From Eledone cirrhosa (taxonomy: Eukaryota), in NCBI GenBank assembly GCA_964016885.1, contig OZ024743.1, positions 28,582,001 to 28,646,000 on the forward strand: a stretch of DNA of 64,000 nt. The letters run 5' to 3'. The notes below the pieces were generated by a model. It was not told the origin of the DNA, searched no databases, and saw only the letters and a program-made list of their open reading frames with translations. The first letter of the stretch is position 1. Every line of letters starts with the position of its first letter. The position numbers and the translations under genes are program-made. Shown in pieces: positions 15,282-28,550 of the stretch.

Positions 15282-15637
15282 AGTGTTTTTGCGTGTGTGT
15301 GTTTGTGTGTGTGTGTGTGTGTAGCAGTTAAGCACAAGGTCTCTTTAAACAGGAATGCGATATGATAAAAGCATGTTTAATGTTTATTAAACTTCCGCAT
15401 GTAAAATATTTAAAAATTAGCCAGACATGCTTCCTCGACACTCAAGTTAATCATATCCTTGAACAGTGAGGCTAATAAAGGGAATTAGCTCATCGGTGCT
15501 CATCGTATTTATTCAAGAAACACTTGAAGCCCCTCTCCCCCCTCTCTCTCTATCTATCTATCTCTCTCTTTCTCCTTTGTTTCTCTTTCTCCTTTCTTTC
15601 TTCATCCGTCACTCTCTCTTTCTTGTTCTCGTTCTTT

Positions 15638-15683
<46 letters not shown>

Positions 15684-16526
15684 ATATACACACACATAAA
15701 TCTCTATCTCTCTCTCTATATATATATGTATACATATATATATATATATATCTTTATTAAAATAACAGATAATAATAAATATTTGCTCTACAGTTTTTAT
15801 ATATTTATATATATATATATATATATCGACAGTCGATCGACTTTCGTTACATCGGACCGAGGAAACAATGTTTCCGTTGGTCTTTCCAATTGCTAATACT
15901 ATCTATCGGTCGCGACTCCAGGTAGAAGGAGCAACGTGAAATAAAGCTGTCTTGCTCAAGGACATGACGCATCGCTCATGATTGAGAATCCAATTCTCTA
16001 ACCACTCAGCCATATATATAACTGTGTGTATGTCTATCTGTGAGTGTGTATGTGTGTGAATAATACTATATTAATAAAATATATTTAGTAGCATTAGTAT
16101 GAATTACTTTTAATCACTTATATTAGTTATTATTAAAAGATTAGTGAATTAGCAAAGTCGTTAGAACGCCGGATAGAATGCTTTTCTATATTCGTTCCGC
16201 CTCTCTGCTCTATGAGTTCAAATTCCGCTATTTGAGGTTGATAAAAATAAAGGTTAATTCTTCCTCTATATCTATTTCTCATCTCCTAACAATCCTGGAA
16301 GAAATACACTGTGTTCAGACCTGAAGAGGAATAGAGCCGCACCAGGCTTCAAAATGCCCAAGAAACGTTGTATGTCACTACGGTCTTTCTACCGCTCCAT
16401 CGGGAGTGGTAGAAAGGCGGGACTATACATGTAAAATATTAGGGATGTCGTAGTTAACGCAAGGATGAGAAAATACACGTAGGAAACTTCTGTCAATCTA
16501 TCTATCTATCTATCTATCTATCTATA

Positions 16527-16612
16527 ACATTTTACACGTTTTTATTGTATGTAAACTTCCCCCTTTGTATTTGTCCCCTTCTTTTGTGCCCCTGTGGCTA
16601 ATAAAGAAATAT
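16527..16612 (+). mobile_element. Isolated 3' tail of the same Tx1-like family in a (TATC)n tract
   Basis: ccctttgtatttgtccccttcttttgtgcc...aataaagaaat matches the reverse complement of 21191-21255. Confidence 0.75.
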
Positions 16613-16641
16613 ATCTATCTATCTATCTATCAATCAATCTG

Positions 16642-16722
<81 letters not shown>

Positions 16723-16759
16723 GTGTATGTGGGGGGAGGGGGGTTAATTGAGGATATAT

Positions 16760-18170
16760 CTCTTTAAAAATAGCAAGACGTTACTACTTTATGCCAAAAG
16801 TTTGAAACATTTAAATGATACGAAAGTGGGGAAATATTTGGGACGACTTCTGGAATGAATAAAGCAAGAATACGGACCGTTTTGAGATATGCTGCTGATT
16901 ATGAGAAATAAAGGCCAGATTGCTCGAAATTGAAATGGAACACTTGTTACAAATATGGAACGAAGACTGAACTCAGAACCATATCTTTCATAGTTTTCTT
17001 CACTTTGAAAAGAGACAAAGAAACAGTAAGCATATTTTATTGGTTTGAATGGTTCAAAATGTGAACTTTATTGCACAACCTTTGAATTCAAGGTGAATCT
17101 ACATGCACTAATCGTGAAGTTGTATGGAAACATTATAGAAGAGAACACTATGATGATTGGCAGATATTTGATGCTAACAAAACTGCTCTATTTTCGATGT
17201 ACATGCCTGGGAAAATACTTTGTGAAAGAAGAAATTATTGTCCTTGGCTATAAAGCACCAAAAAACCAAATTATTATTTTGATGGGAGGAAATGCTCAAA
17301 GCGATTTTAAACTAAAATCAATAGTTATAAACTCCGAATCAAAATCCTACAGCTTTCAGAGGATACAGTCAACAAATGTTACCAATCATCTGGTTTCCAT
17401 ATAAAAATACGTGGTTAACAGAGTTTGATTTAAAACTTATTTCTGTCCATCAGTTAAACGAGATAGTGAACAAAATAATCTTAGCTTTAAAATTTTGCTA
17501 CATTTAGATAATGCGACCAACCATACTTCTGCGATAAATTACTCCGTGCTTTTGCATGCTAAGGTTCCTGGAATGATTTTAAGGTAAATTATCTAAAAAT
17601 CGCTTTTGAATAAACAATACAATATACTATAAGTGAAAACCTAATTTCATTAGACGAGTTCTTGAAGAAATTCAACATGAGAAATGTGGCCGCGAGTAAC
17701 ATTTAACACTACGGGAGTTGAATGAAAAGATGTTTGTTTTATTACGAAATAGCTTTTATCTGGTTTAGTCAGCAAATAACTACAGTTGTTCATGAATTTG
17801 CCGCTCTTAGACATGAATTTGGCTTTCGTAAAGAAGACTAGGTAAATTTGCAGGAATTATTGAACTCCGATCATGAAAAGTTAAACTGTGGTGAACTCAA
17901 TGACATCTGCAGAAGGCAACTATATTGACAAATGTACCGAGGGAAAAAAGAGCTCAAGAAAGCGAAATAATTTTCAACAGTTTGAGAAAATGTTCTGCAT
18001 TAGTAATGAGTTGAAGCAACACGTTATGAACTTTGAATCAAATCTTGAAATAAGCATACATGTCAATTGAATAGTTTATAATGCCCTGGGCTGCTACAGG
18101 GAAGGTATGGAGAGAGAAAACACGAAGGGTTTCCGAGCTAAATACATATTGTTTAAACAATAAATACATT
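16760..18170 (+). pseudogene. Degenerate Tigger/pogo-family DDE transposase
   Basis: Fragments EMEHLLQIWNED, WFEWFK, FDANKTALF, GYKAPKNQIIILMGGNAQSDFKLK and FKILLHLDNATNH across frames, with stops. Confidence 0.85.
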
Positions 18171-18703
18171 TATAATGTGTGGGGGGGGGGACTGTCTGTC
18201 TGTCTTTGTGTGTTCAAAAGCAATAGGCTAATTGTCCGCTGGTGGTAAAGTTTTTACTAAAATATAAGAGTTTTCTGACATCTAATTGTTGGTAAGTATA
18301 CAGGCTTCTTTTACTCACACTCTCTATTTAAGTCCCGAGAACACTCTTCAGAACCTCCTTATAGTCAACAGCATTGACCCTTAAGCCCTAACGAAAAACG
18401 TAAGGAATCATGACGGATTCCTCGTTGCTCACGACTTCCAGAATCTTACAGTTGCCGGAGACTTTATACGTATAATCGTTGAAACATCTTTAGTATCTTT
18501 ATAACCCTCTGTCATTCCTTCGGTTAATCTTTTGATCTTTATCAAATATTTTCTAATCAGACAAAAGCCACGAGTCCGATGAGCTATTGATTCCAGAGTC
18601 AGGCCTGATCGATATGGATCGTACCTTGAGCTGATCAATCGAAAAACGCGCGTTACACCTGAATAAACAATAATGAAAATACATTGGCACCTCATTCCTA
18701 CTC

Positions 18704-18755
<52 letters not shown>

Positions 18756-19833
18756 GAGTAGGAATGAGGTGCCAATGTATTTTTATTATTGTTTATTCAG
18801 GTGTAACAAAGGTATTGTGGTAAGGAACCAGATGGACCATAACGCACCAAAGTACTCAATACTTAGTGTAGTAGAGTCCAGAAATAGCCGTCGAAACGGC
18901 TTGAGCTCTGCCGTCGGGGTCATACTTGTTCCTATATATATATATATATATGCACACACTGTGCTAGTCCGCTATCGATTTCGGTGACGAATATTCCAGT
19001 TGTTAGAACAACGGAATAGGTCATTCATGAAATTTGTGGGGAAGTGACTGAGCATTTCATAGATATATGTACCCTTAATTTAGGGTGAATCAGCGTGAAA
19101 CATTGAGCGACATATCTTCGAAGTACGTCTCTATTTCTCAGCTGAGTCGAATAGAAGAGCTTGAAATAACTGCTACTTTATTTTATTAATATCGGAAGGG
19201 TGGAAGTTACATTTGATCTCGACAGGTTTGTAACTCGAAACTGAAAGGTCTGTACTTTTATATGATGAACAAACTATTATGCTATTTCAGCGCCTTTTAA
19301 ATATAGAGATTATGATAATTGTATCTAAAATAAAAGACAGAGAAAGCAAGAGGGACAATGAAAAACGAAAAAGGGTAAGGAAAAGTAAAAAATGAATATA
19401 CGACAGACAATAAAGAAAAAAAATAAGAGAAGAAATAAATAAATAGGATCTTTAATTTGCCTTGTCAATTAATTCTAATCTCCAATGTAATTATGACTGC
19501 ATAAACCTAATTTACTGTCCAATTATCTAGCCATTAATGTTACATAATCTGTATATCTGTTGAGCTCAGAACGTCTCAGTAATGTAATATATAGCCAATA
19601 AAGCTAACGTGTATCTCTAGTTAAAAATCTTAACAAGCTCTTTGGAATATTAATTATGCTTTGCTCATCCTTCACATTATTCGACATATTTTCCAATTGT
19701 TTCTGGTGAACTATTCAACGAGAAATTAAGGAGAATAAAGTGTGTGAGAAAGAGAGGAAGAGAACAGAAGAGAACAATATGTGTATGTATATAGGAAAAA
19801 GTATGTATGTGTGTTCGTGTGTATGTATGTGTG

Positions 19834-19941
<108 letters not shown>

Positions 19942-20067
19942 CAGTGGTGAAGTAGAAAATGCATTGTATTGTTTGTCAAGAAGTTATATGGGTCGCTACA
20001 TATTTCTATACTTTCTCTCTTGACCCTACTTCATTGCTTTGGCCACAAACACAGGTCCTGATGCCTG

Positions 20068-20202
20068 TTAAACAGAGGAGTGGATGATAACCGAATGGCT
20101 GACTGATTGCATCTTATGTTGGTCGTCAAGGAGATTTCCGATGTCCTCAGTCTCCAGACTGTCATTTTCTTTCGCCAAAACGGGGATGTCGGGTTCGAAT
20201 TC
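20068..20202 (-). other. Possible exon of an unidentified minus-strand transcript
   Basis: cttcactctgttacag acceptor followed by open frame EFEPDIPVLAKENDSLETEDIGNLLDDQHKMQSVSHSVIIHSSV*; no recognisable family. Confidence 0.25.
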
Positions 20203-20933
20203 CTGTAACAGAGTGAAGTCCGCTTACGTCACTCAAGGAAATGATAGCATTGATATATCAGGCGATGTATTAAATTGATATATTGGGTGATGTAGTAAAT
20301 CGGTTGGATTTAACCCTTTAGCATTTACATAACTATTGTTTTTTCACGGTAAAGGCTTTATCTCACATAATTATCACACATAATATCGAATCTATGATAT
20401 TATTTATTTTGAGAACAATACCTTAACATCAATATGAGCAGCTGGTCACAGCCAGCTTGAACAGGAAGAGGTTTCAATGCTAAGGTGTTAAACTCATAAC
20501 GCAAAGAGCTGGATATATATTGCAGCCTTTCGTTCATTATTCTAACGTTTTGTTAATCCACCGATGTTTTTTAACGTTGAGGTTCGAAATGGAATGATTA
20601 ATATCTTGCCCGGCTTACTACCATACAAAAATAACTATCTACTGCAAAACAACTATTCTAGATTTAAAGGCCTCTTTCAATAACCATTACTGGTCAGTGT
20701 TCAAAAAATAATTCAGTGATTTTGCACCGAGTTTTGTAAACAGTAGCGCCGTTGCATATAAGTATACAGTAGACAAATCAATGTTTCACACCATTTCTAA
20801 TGACTAGCGGAACAAGAAAGTCAAAGATTACTAGTTGTGGTTGTTGTTCTTTTTATTTTATAGGTTTTGCTCATATTTGTATAGTTCACAGATATACAAA
20901 CTTTACAGATATGCACATAAAATAGATATACAC

Positions 20934-21021
<88 letters not shown>

Positions 21022-21190
21022 GCTTATATGCATATATAAATGTGTGTATATATATATATACACACATTTATATATGCATATAAGCATATATATATATTCT
21101 GCTCTGAGGGACATAGAGTGCTCAACCGGCATACCGCCTGTGGACGCATCCTAGCAACCATACTACTACAAATATATATATATATATATA

Positions 21191-24100
21191 TTTCTTTATT
21201 TACCATAAAGGCATAAAAAGAAGGGACAAATACAAAGGGGGAGTTTACATAAAATCGAGTAAAAAGGGTATAAAATGAAAATAATCGAAAACAACCTCAA
21301 AAGGGAGGGGATGTGATGGGGGTTGCACACGCCCCCGAAAAAGTGTGCAATTCTTTGCCCGAGGAGCACATGGAGAAGGTGCTCCCCTCTCCTTCACTTC
21401 TTTACCTACAGGATGGTATACAGAGAAGGCCCATTTACACGAGCCATTCTCGCCACTATCACCCACCTTTCATAAAACTGCCTGTGGCCAAGCACCTCTC
21501 TCTCCATTCTTATCCTTCTTCCGAAGTGATATCGGAAGAAGTAGACCAGACTATGGCCAGAGAGCAAGTTGCCTGACCTCAGACCTTTCAATCGTGTCCA
21601 CCAAACAACCTCTTTCAACATGGCTATTACGCACAGAAAAACCGCCTTTGCTTCCTTTGTGAAGAGGGGAGGCGGCTTGATTGTCATCACGGACTCGGCG
21701 GTCAATCGAATCGGCGCCACCCACGACAGCAGTCGTTCGGCGTAGCCCCACAGATCAGCCACGCCCGGACATTGCACCAATGCGTGCGCAACGGTTTCTT
21801 CGTGACGCACACATCTAGGGCAAATCTTTTTCGAGGGATCCCTGCCCGGGCGCCCGTGTATGTAAAGCCTCTCTCGAACGGGTAGAGCCCCCCGGTAGCA
21901 CTGCCAGGCTAGTAACTTCTGGAAGTTGTCCATTGGTCCCGAGCCGAAAGTCCTACCGAACAGGCTGGCCAGTTCGTCCTCTTCCATGTCAAGCGACTCT
22001 CCAAGGGTGTCATCGCCCCTGCTAGCCACCAGCCCTCTATAGAATGATGAGGTGGATTCTCCACCGATGGCCTGGCCCGCTTGCCAGAGAGCCCTGAGCG
22101 CCTGGGCACACTCAGTGTGCCAGTCTCCCAGCTTTCCGGATCTTTGCTTGACCCAGGACTGCAGCTCGGTGAGCGAGACGAGTCTCGGAAAGGCTCGTTT
22201 CACGAACGGAGCCCACACCGGTTAACCAGTGAGGAATACCTGTAGGTGCCGTAGCCTTAATGCGTGCCTACGCATCATCAACCACGGCATCTCCAGCCCT
22301 CCTTTCGAAGGTTGTTGGCAGCAGATGGATCTTCTCACCATAGGAGGGCGCTTCTTCCAAAGAAATTGGAAGAGCATGCGTTCCATGGTGGTGAGTGTTT
22401 CCTTAGGGCAAGGCACGACAGTCAGGCGGTAGAAAGTGACGGACGCTATGTAAATGTTCGCCACCTCCGCCCGACCTTTTAGGGACAGCTTACACTTGGC
22501 CCATTTCTGGGTTATTGCAAAGACCTTGTTCGTAACCTCGTCCCAGTTCTTTTCCACCTGGAGGTCCAGTCCAAACCAGACCCCAAGCAACTTCACCGGG
22601 CCCTCCGTCCAGTGTTCGACGACACCGTCGGGAGGCATCGGTCTGCCTCTCCACGTTCCGAGTTGCAGCCCGATGGATTTTTCCAGGTTCAGTTTCGCTC
22701 CTGACAACCTTTCGTAATCCTCCAGTAAGGTACCGATCGCCTCGATCTCCGAGTCGGTCGATACCATTACTGTTACGTCATCGGCGTAAGCCGACACCGC
22801 TTTGCTCAATCCTGGTTCCAGGGGGATACCCTGCAACAACTCCAACTTCCTCAGTAAAGACTCGAGAGTCAATATGTACAGAAGGGAGGAGAGAGGGCAC
22901 CCCTGTCGAATGGATCGTGTGATTTCGAACGGCTTCGAAAGGTAGCCGTTCACCTTGATCCTAGAACAGATGTGGTTGCTATGAAAACAGGACCGAACCC
23001 AGCCGCTGCTAGCACCGCATCCAGGTAACCATGGTCGACCCTATCGAAGGCCTTAGACTGATCCAAGTTGATCAGGGCCCCACCGAAGCCGGGTTTGTTG
23101 CCAACCCTCTCTATTATGTATCGCATGAGGTGGAGGTTATCGTGAATGGACCTGGATGGGATAGCACATGTCTGCGCATCTCCCACCAGGCCACCCACGA
23201 CAACCGCCAACCTCTTTGCTAACACCTTGGCCAAAATCTTTAACTCTGTGTTTAGCAGGGTTATGGGCCGAAAATTATTTATACTATCCCCCTTGTTCTC
23301 GTCCTTCCTCACCAGCGAGACTACGCCCTTGGCTACAGAACAAGGAATTCTCCCGTTCTGCTGCCAATTGCAGTAGACCGCTTCGAGGAGTTCGGAGAAG
23401 AAGACCGGCATTGCTAAATAAAGTTCGTAAGGTATACCATCGAGACCTGGATATTTACGTCTGCTGCATTGGCTCAGCGCATCCCCGATCTCATCAGCCG
23501 AGATTGGTCCCTCGCAGGACTCTGCCTCTTCGCTCGAGAGACGCGGCAGGCCGTCGAGGTATGGACCGAAATCCACGTCCCCACCCGGACCCTCCCCTCC
23601 CCCGAATAATCGGGCAAAGTGCCTTTGAAAGGCCTCGCACATCTGCTTAGGCTCCCGGATCACCCGTCCATCCTCGTCTTGCAAAGACCGGATGGTGGAT
23701 CGATTTCCACTCTTAGCTTCTGTCACGCGGGCCCAGCCAGCGGCTTTGGCGCCCTCATTACCTAGAGCACGTATTTTACTTCGAATGACGCAGCCTTCGT
23801 GCTTTGCATCGAAAAACTGGTTCAAGGCCGTCCTCGATGCCAGCACTCTGGCCACATCTTCGCTCTTGATTGCCTCTTCTAATTTACCTGTTAATTCTTT
23901 CTCGTTTCTATTCCTATCGGCAGCTAACTTCTTGCTATAACTTATTGATTCTGTTCTAATCTCTCTTTTGAGAGATTCCCACCATCGGTTGTTGACGATT
24001 TCACCCGTCAACCTCTCCTTAACTAATTTGCTAATCCGGTTTCTGTAAGTCTCTTTTGCCGGTAAAGACAAATTAAGTTTCCAGTAACCGGGACCCTGTT

Positions 24101-26935
24101 TATGTGTTTTCTCGAGATTGACTACGCAGGTCACTAATTTGTGATCCGTATAGCCAACCGTGAGCATTTCTGGACAGCTTAATATGTCCCTATCCTTACT
24201 TCTAACTAAGAATCTATCTAAGTACGATCTAGATTGGCCACTGTGGTTCGTCGAAGTCCAGGTAGGCACAGTTGGAAAATCTAGTCGATATCTATCGACC
24301 AAGTTAAAACGGTCGAGTAACCCCTTGAGGCTGTTACACCCCCTGCATGGTCCCAACGTGCATCTAGGATGTCACTCCAATCCCCCGCTAGAAGCAGGGA
24401 ACGCGACGTTCCCAGAAAAGTCTCCAAACGCTGGAAGAAGTCGGGCCGTTCAGCTCCGAAAGGGGAGTAGACGGCGACCAGTCTCAAGGCCGCACCTTCA
24501 CTACTGCCAACGTCTAGCACCAACAAACGACCCTCCGGGTCCGAGTGAACAACCTGTAAGGCGAGACCCAGGTGTTTTTCCAGCAGTACGACAACCCCAC
24601 CTCCACCTCCAGGTTGACAGAGAGATGCATGCACCTCAAAGTCATCGAAGGTAGGGGCCAGCTGCCGCACGACGCTGATCCGAGTCTCACAGATAACCAT
24701 TACATTTATACCACGTGACCTGAGGTCATTTAGAAGCTTTGCTTGCTTCCAAGTTGAGCCCAGGCCACGTGCATTCAAACATTCTACTCTTAACACATCC
24801 ATGTGGGCGGCAAAGCCAAAGGAGAGTGTAGAGACCTAACTTTCTGCTTCCCGGGGTTCGGGTCGCACGACTTCCATGGGGTCGGCGGTGCTGGGTGAAG
24901 GGGTGTCTTGTGGTGGTGTGGGGTTGTCAGTGTGTGGTTGGATTGGGGTGTTTGGAGTTGTGTTGGGGAAGGGAAGGGGAGGGGGAAAGCTTTTTAGTAG
25001 GACGCGGTTTATGGGTTTGACAGAGGGCGGTCCTACGCCCTCCTTAAAATCCTTTTTTAGTTTTTGGTAGAGGTTCATTGGGATCTTTATTCATTTTAAA
25101 TGTGTGTAGTTTTCTGAAGAAACAAAGTTTACACCTTCGGTTTGTACCGAAGGATTATTGTTTATGAGTTCATTTAATTTATTATTGTTCCTGTTGATGT
25201 AAGTATAGTGTAATGTCTTTTTTTCGGATGGTGTGAGTGTTTCGAAGAGAGGAGGGGCGGGTTTGGTTTTGTTTGTTGCTGGAGGGGTGCTTTGTGTTTT
25301 GTTGGATTGTGTTGACATTTGGGTAGGGGTTGTTTGGCCTTGTGTGTTTTGCACATGTTTTCTTTTTTTCCTTTTAATCTGTCTGAAGGACTCCGTTTCT
25401 TCCTCCGAATTCGTTGGGTTATCTTCAGTGTTGGAGGGAAGAGGTATGTTTGCTGGTAATGTTTCCGTGTCGGTTTTCTTTGTGGGGGAGATGGATGTCA
25501 CTATGTTAGACTGTGTTGTGTGTTGTGGCTGCGGTGGTTGTGTTGTTTTATTGAGTGAGGGGTTGGGTGGGACTGTATTTTGTTTTTGGGTAATGTGTTG
25601 TGACTGTTTGTGTTGTGGTGGTGGTGTAGTTTTACTGGGGGACGGGTTGGGTGGGACTGAGTTTTGTTGTTTGTTTATCTGTTGTGGCGGTGGTGGAGCT
25701 GGTGTGATAGCAGGGTTTTCTTTTTGTTGAGTTGGGGACAAGCCGTCTTCAGGTGCCCTCTGCCTGCACAGATATGACAGGACGGCCTTCTCCCCTCCAC
25801 GCTAATGTTTATATACCCGTGGCCCTCTAATAGGATTCTGTCGGGTATTTGGGCGATACGTTCAGGCTTCATTTGCACTACAAGTTCTATACCTGTTCCA
25901 CTGAACGCATTGCCTGTGGTTTTCCCAATGGAAATCACGTTGTCATTAGCTGGATCGATGAAGCCAGCTATGAGCCAGCAGTAGTCCACATCTGGCATCA
26001 TTGCATCCAGCCATATGCGCTGAGTTCTTTTACCCATATAAGATGGATAAAAGGTAAAATTTGTCGAACGAATCGGTGACAAAGCACATTTTTTGCCGCC
26101 GATTCGTTCTTCATAATAATCTCTTCTTATGAAAGTGGTTTCATTAAGTACTTCTGTAAATACTGCTTTGATTTCTGTTTGTGTTGGCTGTTGGAGTTTT
26201 TTAGAAATGTTGTTGATGGTGCGGAAAACGACCGTCCGACTTTCAATGTCTTTGGTGAGTTCTTGAAGCATTTTTACCGATAAAATACCATTTTTCCCTT
26301 CAGTTATGTATTGTTTGGCGTCTGTAATTCTTTGTGCCACATCTGAAATATTTTCAGGTATATATGTCAAAGATTTCTTTGTTGTTTGTGCAAATGAAAT
26401 ATTATTGGTGTTGACTTTGTCGTCTGCTTTGCTTTCTGTTATGATGTTGTTTTTGTGTTTGTCGTGTCTTTGTTTGTGGTATTAATATTGTCATGCAATT
26501 TTTCAAATTTTTTTTTTTGTTGTTGGAATCAATGTCCAGATTTGTGTTTTCGTCATTTTTCTCCGCAGATTCGTCTGTTTTTATTTTATTTTTTCTTTCC
26601 TTCTCTATGACGTTAGTTGGGAAGGAAGGGGGGACTAAAGCGTGCGAGCTTACAACTCTTACCGCTGTCCCCCCACCACTATTTTCGTTAGCTTCGTTTA
26701 ACATTTCTGTCAGACGATTGAAATTTTTTATGCCACAAAATTTTTAAAAACAGGTTTTTCACCCCTAGGAGGGGCAAAGATGAGCTGACCCACCGCCTGA
26801 CAGTTCAGACGGGGGGTCAAGCTACACAATAGTATCAAAATTAAAATTGAACTTACAAAATTTCCGCAATAAATTTGAACAAAACTTCTGCACGAAGTGA
26901 ATTACATCTACGCTGTAGAACAGACGACAGCTAGA
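21191..26935 (-). mobile_element. Tx1/L1-clade non-LTR retrotransposon, near full length, frameshifted
   Basis: ORF1 pieces 26704-24836 (CHICAGRGHLKTAC zinc knuckle, P/T/Q-rich linker); ORF2 pieces 24802-21406 with APE endonuclease (LNARGL, CET, AGDWS, SYLDRFLV, TDHKLV), RT (PGLDG, FRPITLLN, LDQSKAFDRV, QGCPLS, YADD) and C-terminal CPRC...HALVQC; 3' end AATAAAGAAA abuts (TA)n. Confidence 0.92.
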
Positions 26936-27235
26936 TTCTATATAAATATATATATATAGATAGATAATTATACACGGGTGTGTATGATTGTGTATAGAAG
27001 ATTATATTAATAAGAGGAATTCCAACTTTGTCTGATTTACTCGTTTTATTTACAATCCTTTAAAATTTATAAAGGTATTATAATGAAATAGTATGATAGA
27101 ATATTAAATTCTAAGTGTTAATTGAACAAGTACTTTCATGCTTTCGCAATCTTCAGGTTCATAATATGTGGTGACAGTCAAGTTTGCAATTTTCAACTGT
27201 GGAAAATTTGAAACTTGACTGTCACCACATATTAT

Positions 27236-27272
27236 GAACCTGAAGATTGCGAAAGCATGAAAGTACTTGTTC
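27236..27272 (+). ncRNA. Minimal type I hammerhead ribozyme (mirror copy 27124-27160 minus)
   Basis: GAAC CTGAAGA T TGC-GAAA-GCA T GAAA GTAC TT GTTC: stem I GAAC/GTTC, intact core, GNRA-capped stem II, palindromic AAGTACTT loop III. Confidence 0.85.
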
Positions 27273-27385
27273 AATTAACACTTAGAATTTAATATTCTAT
27301 CATACTATTTCATTATAATACCATTATAAATTTTAAAGGATTGTAAATAAAACGAGTAAATCAGACAAAGTTGGAATTCCTCTTA

Positions 27386-27420
<35 letters not shown>

Positions 27421-28138
27421 GGATTAACAAATAATAGTTAAATGCAGTCCACTTAGGTGAAGTCCAGTTATGGTATTCCAGGTAGTGGATGATATTAACG
27501 CTTGGCTTGGTTTGACTCAACAAGGCGTTTTCATAGTGATGCTGCGGGTATGCCGTAATTCCTATGTTGTAAACACTTGGAGTAATAATAAATCAGGAAA
27601 GAAGGTTTACATGGTTTGCTATACAAAAAAGTGTTTAATCACATAGCTTACATTTGTTTCACTGAACTGGTATGTCTAGAGATCGCTATTCGCTTAATTT
27701 TGCGTTACTCGATCGCCAATACAGAATTATAACCAGTCAGATCTTCGGAGCATGCGAGAATGAAGAAAATACACAGGCAGGAAAAGAAAAGAAAATACAG
27801 GCTACTATATGAAGTAGTAATGGCATTCAATTAGAACAATAACAACAATTACAACAATGCTATCAATAAATTATTTAAGGAGACCCTGACATTACTTAGG
27901 TGGGGGGTATATAATGTATCTAATGTTACGGCGTGTAAAACTAGCTGTCATAAGGCAAAAGGAAGCGTTGACATGTACAAAGTATCGTAGTGTATATCAA
28001 TTTTAAATTATAAAGATAAGCTAGTTTTTACAGTCTTTCTCTTCATCTTCAACAGTATACATGAGTGGGACCACTGTCAAAGCTAAATAGTTGTAGAGTT
28101 AATGCAGAGGTTAACGAATTAATATACGCATATATTTA

Positions 28139-28222
<84 letters not shown>

Positions 28223-28550
28223 CACATATATACACATGCATGTGTACATAGACACATACATACACATCAATATACACTCGTACAAAAATATACATACATG
28301 CAAAGAGAAAAGCGTACTAATTGTAATTATGGCAAAAAGAAGGTAAAGTAACATTGTAGTAGTGAAATGAGAAAAACTAGGATTTAGGATCAAATGATGG
28401 CAGCAGCTGAGAAGGAGTAAGATTGTTGGTAGATGAGGTACTTACAGACAATTGTGTGGTATAGACTTGTGAAGGATATAGTATACTTAATGAATATATT
28501 TCTGTGGGTAGTAGGTATCCTAATTTAAAGCTATGTTATGTTGGTTCGAT

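Noticed and set aside
16318-16380. CTGAAGA...GAAACGTTGTA in a repeat also present near 38735
   Set aside because: Stems I and II do not pair convincingly and the second copy has CTGGAGA.
25091-25741. Mucin-like P/T/Q-rich ORF as a host gene
   Set aside because: Lies between the ORF1 zinc knuckle and ORF2 of the Tx1-like LINE; it is a frameshifted part of ORF1.
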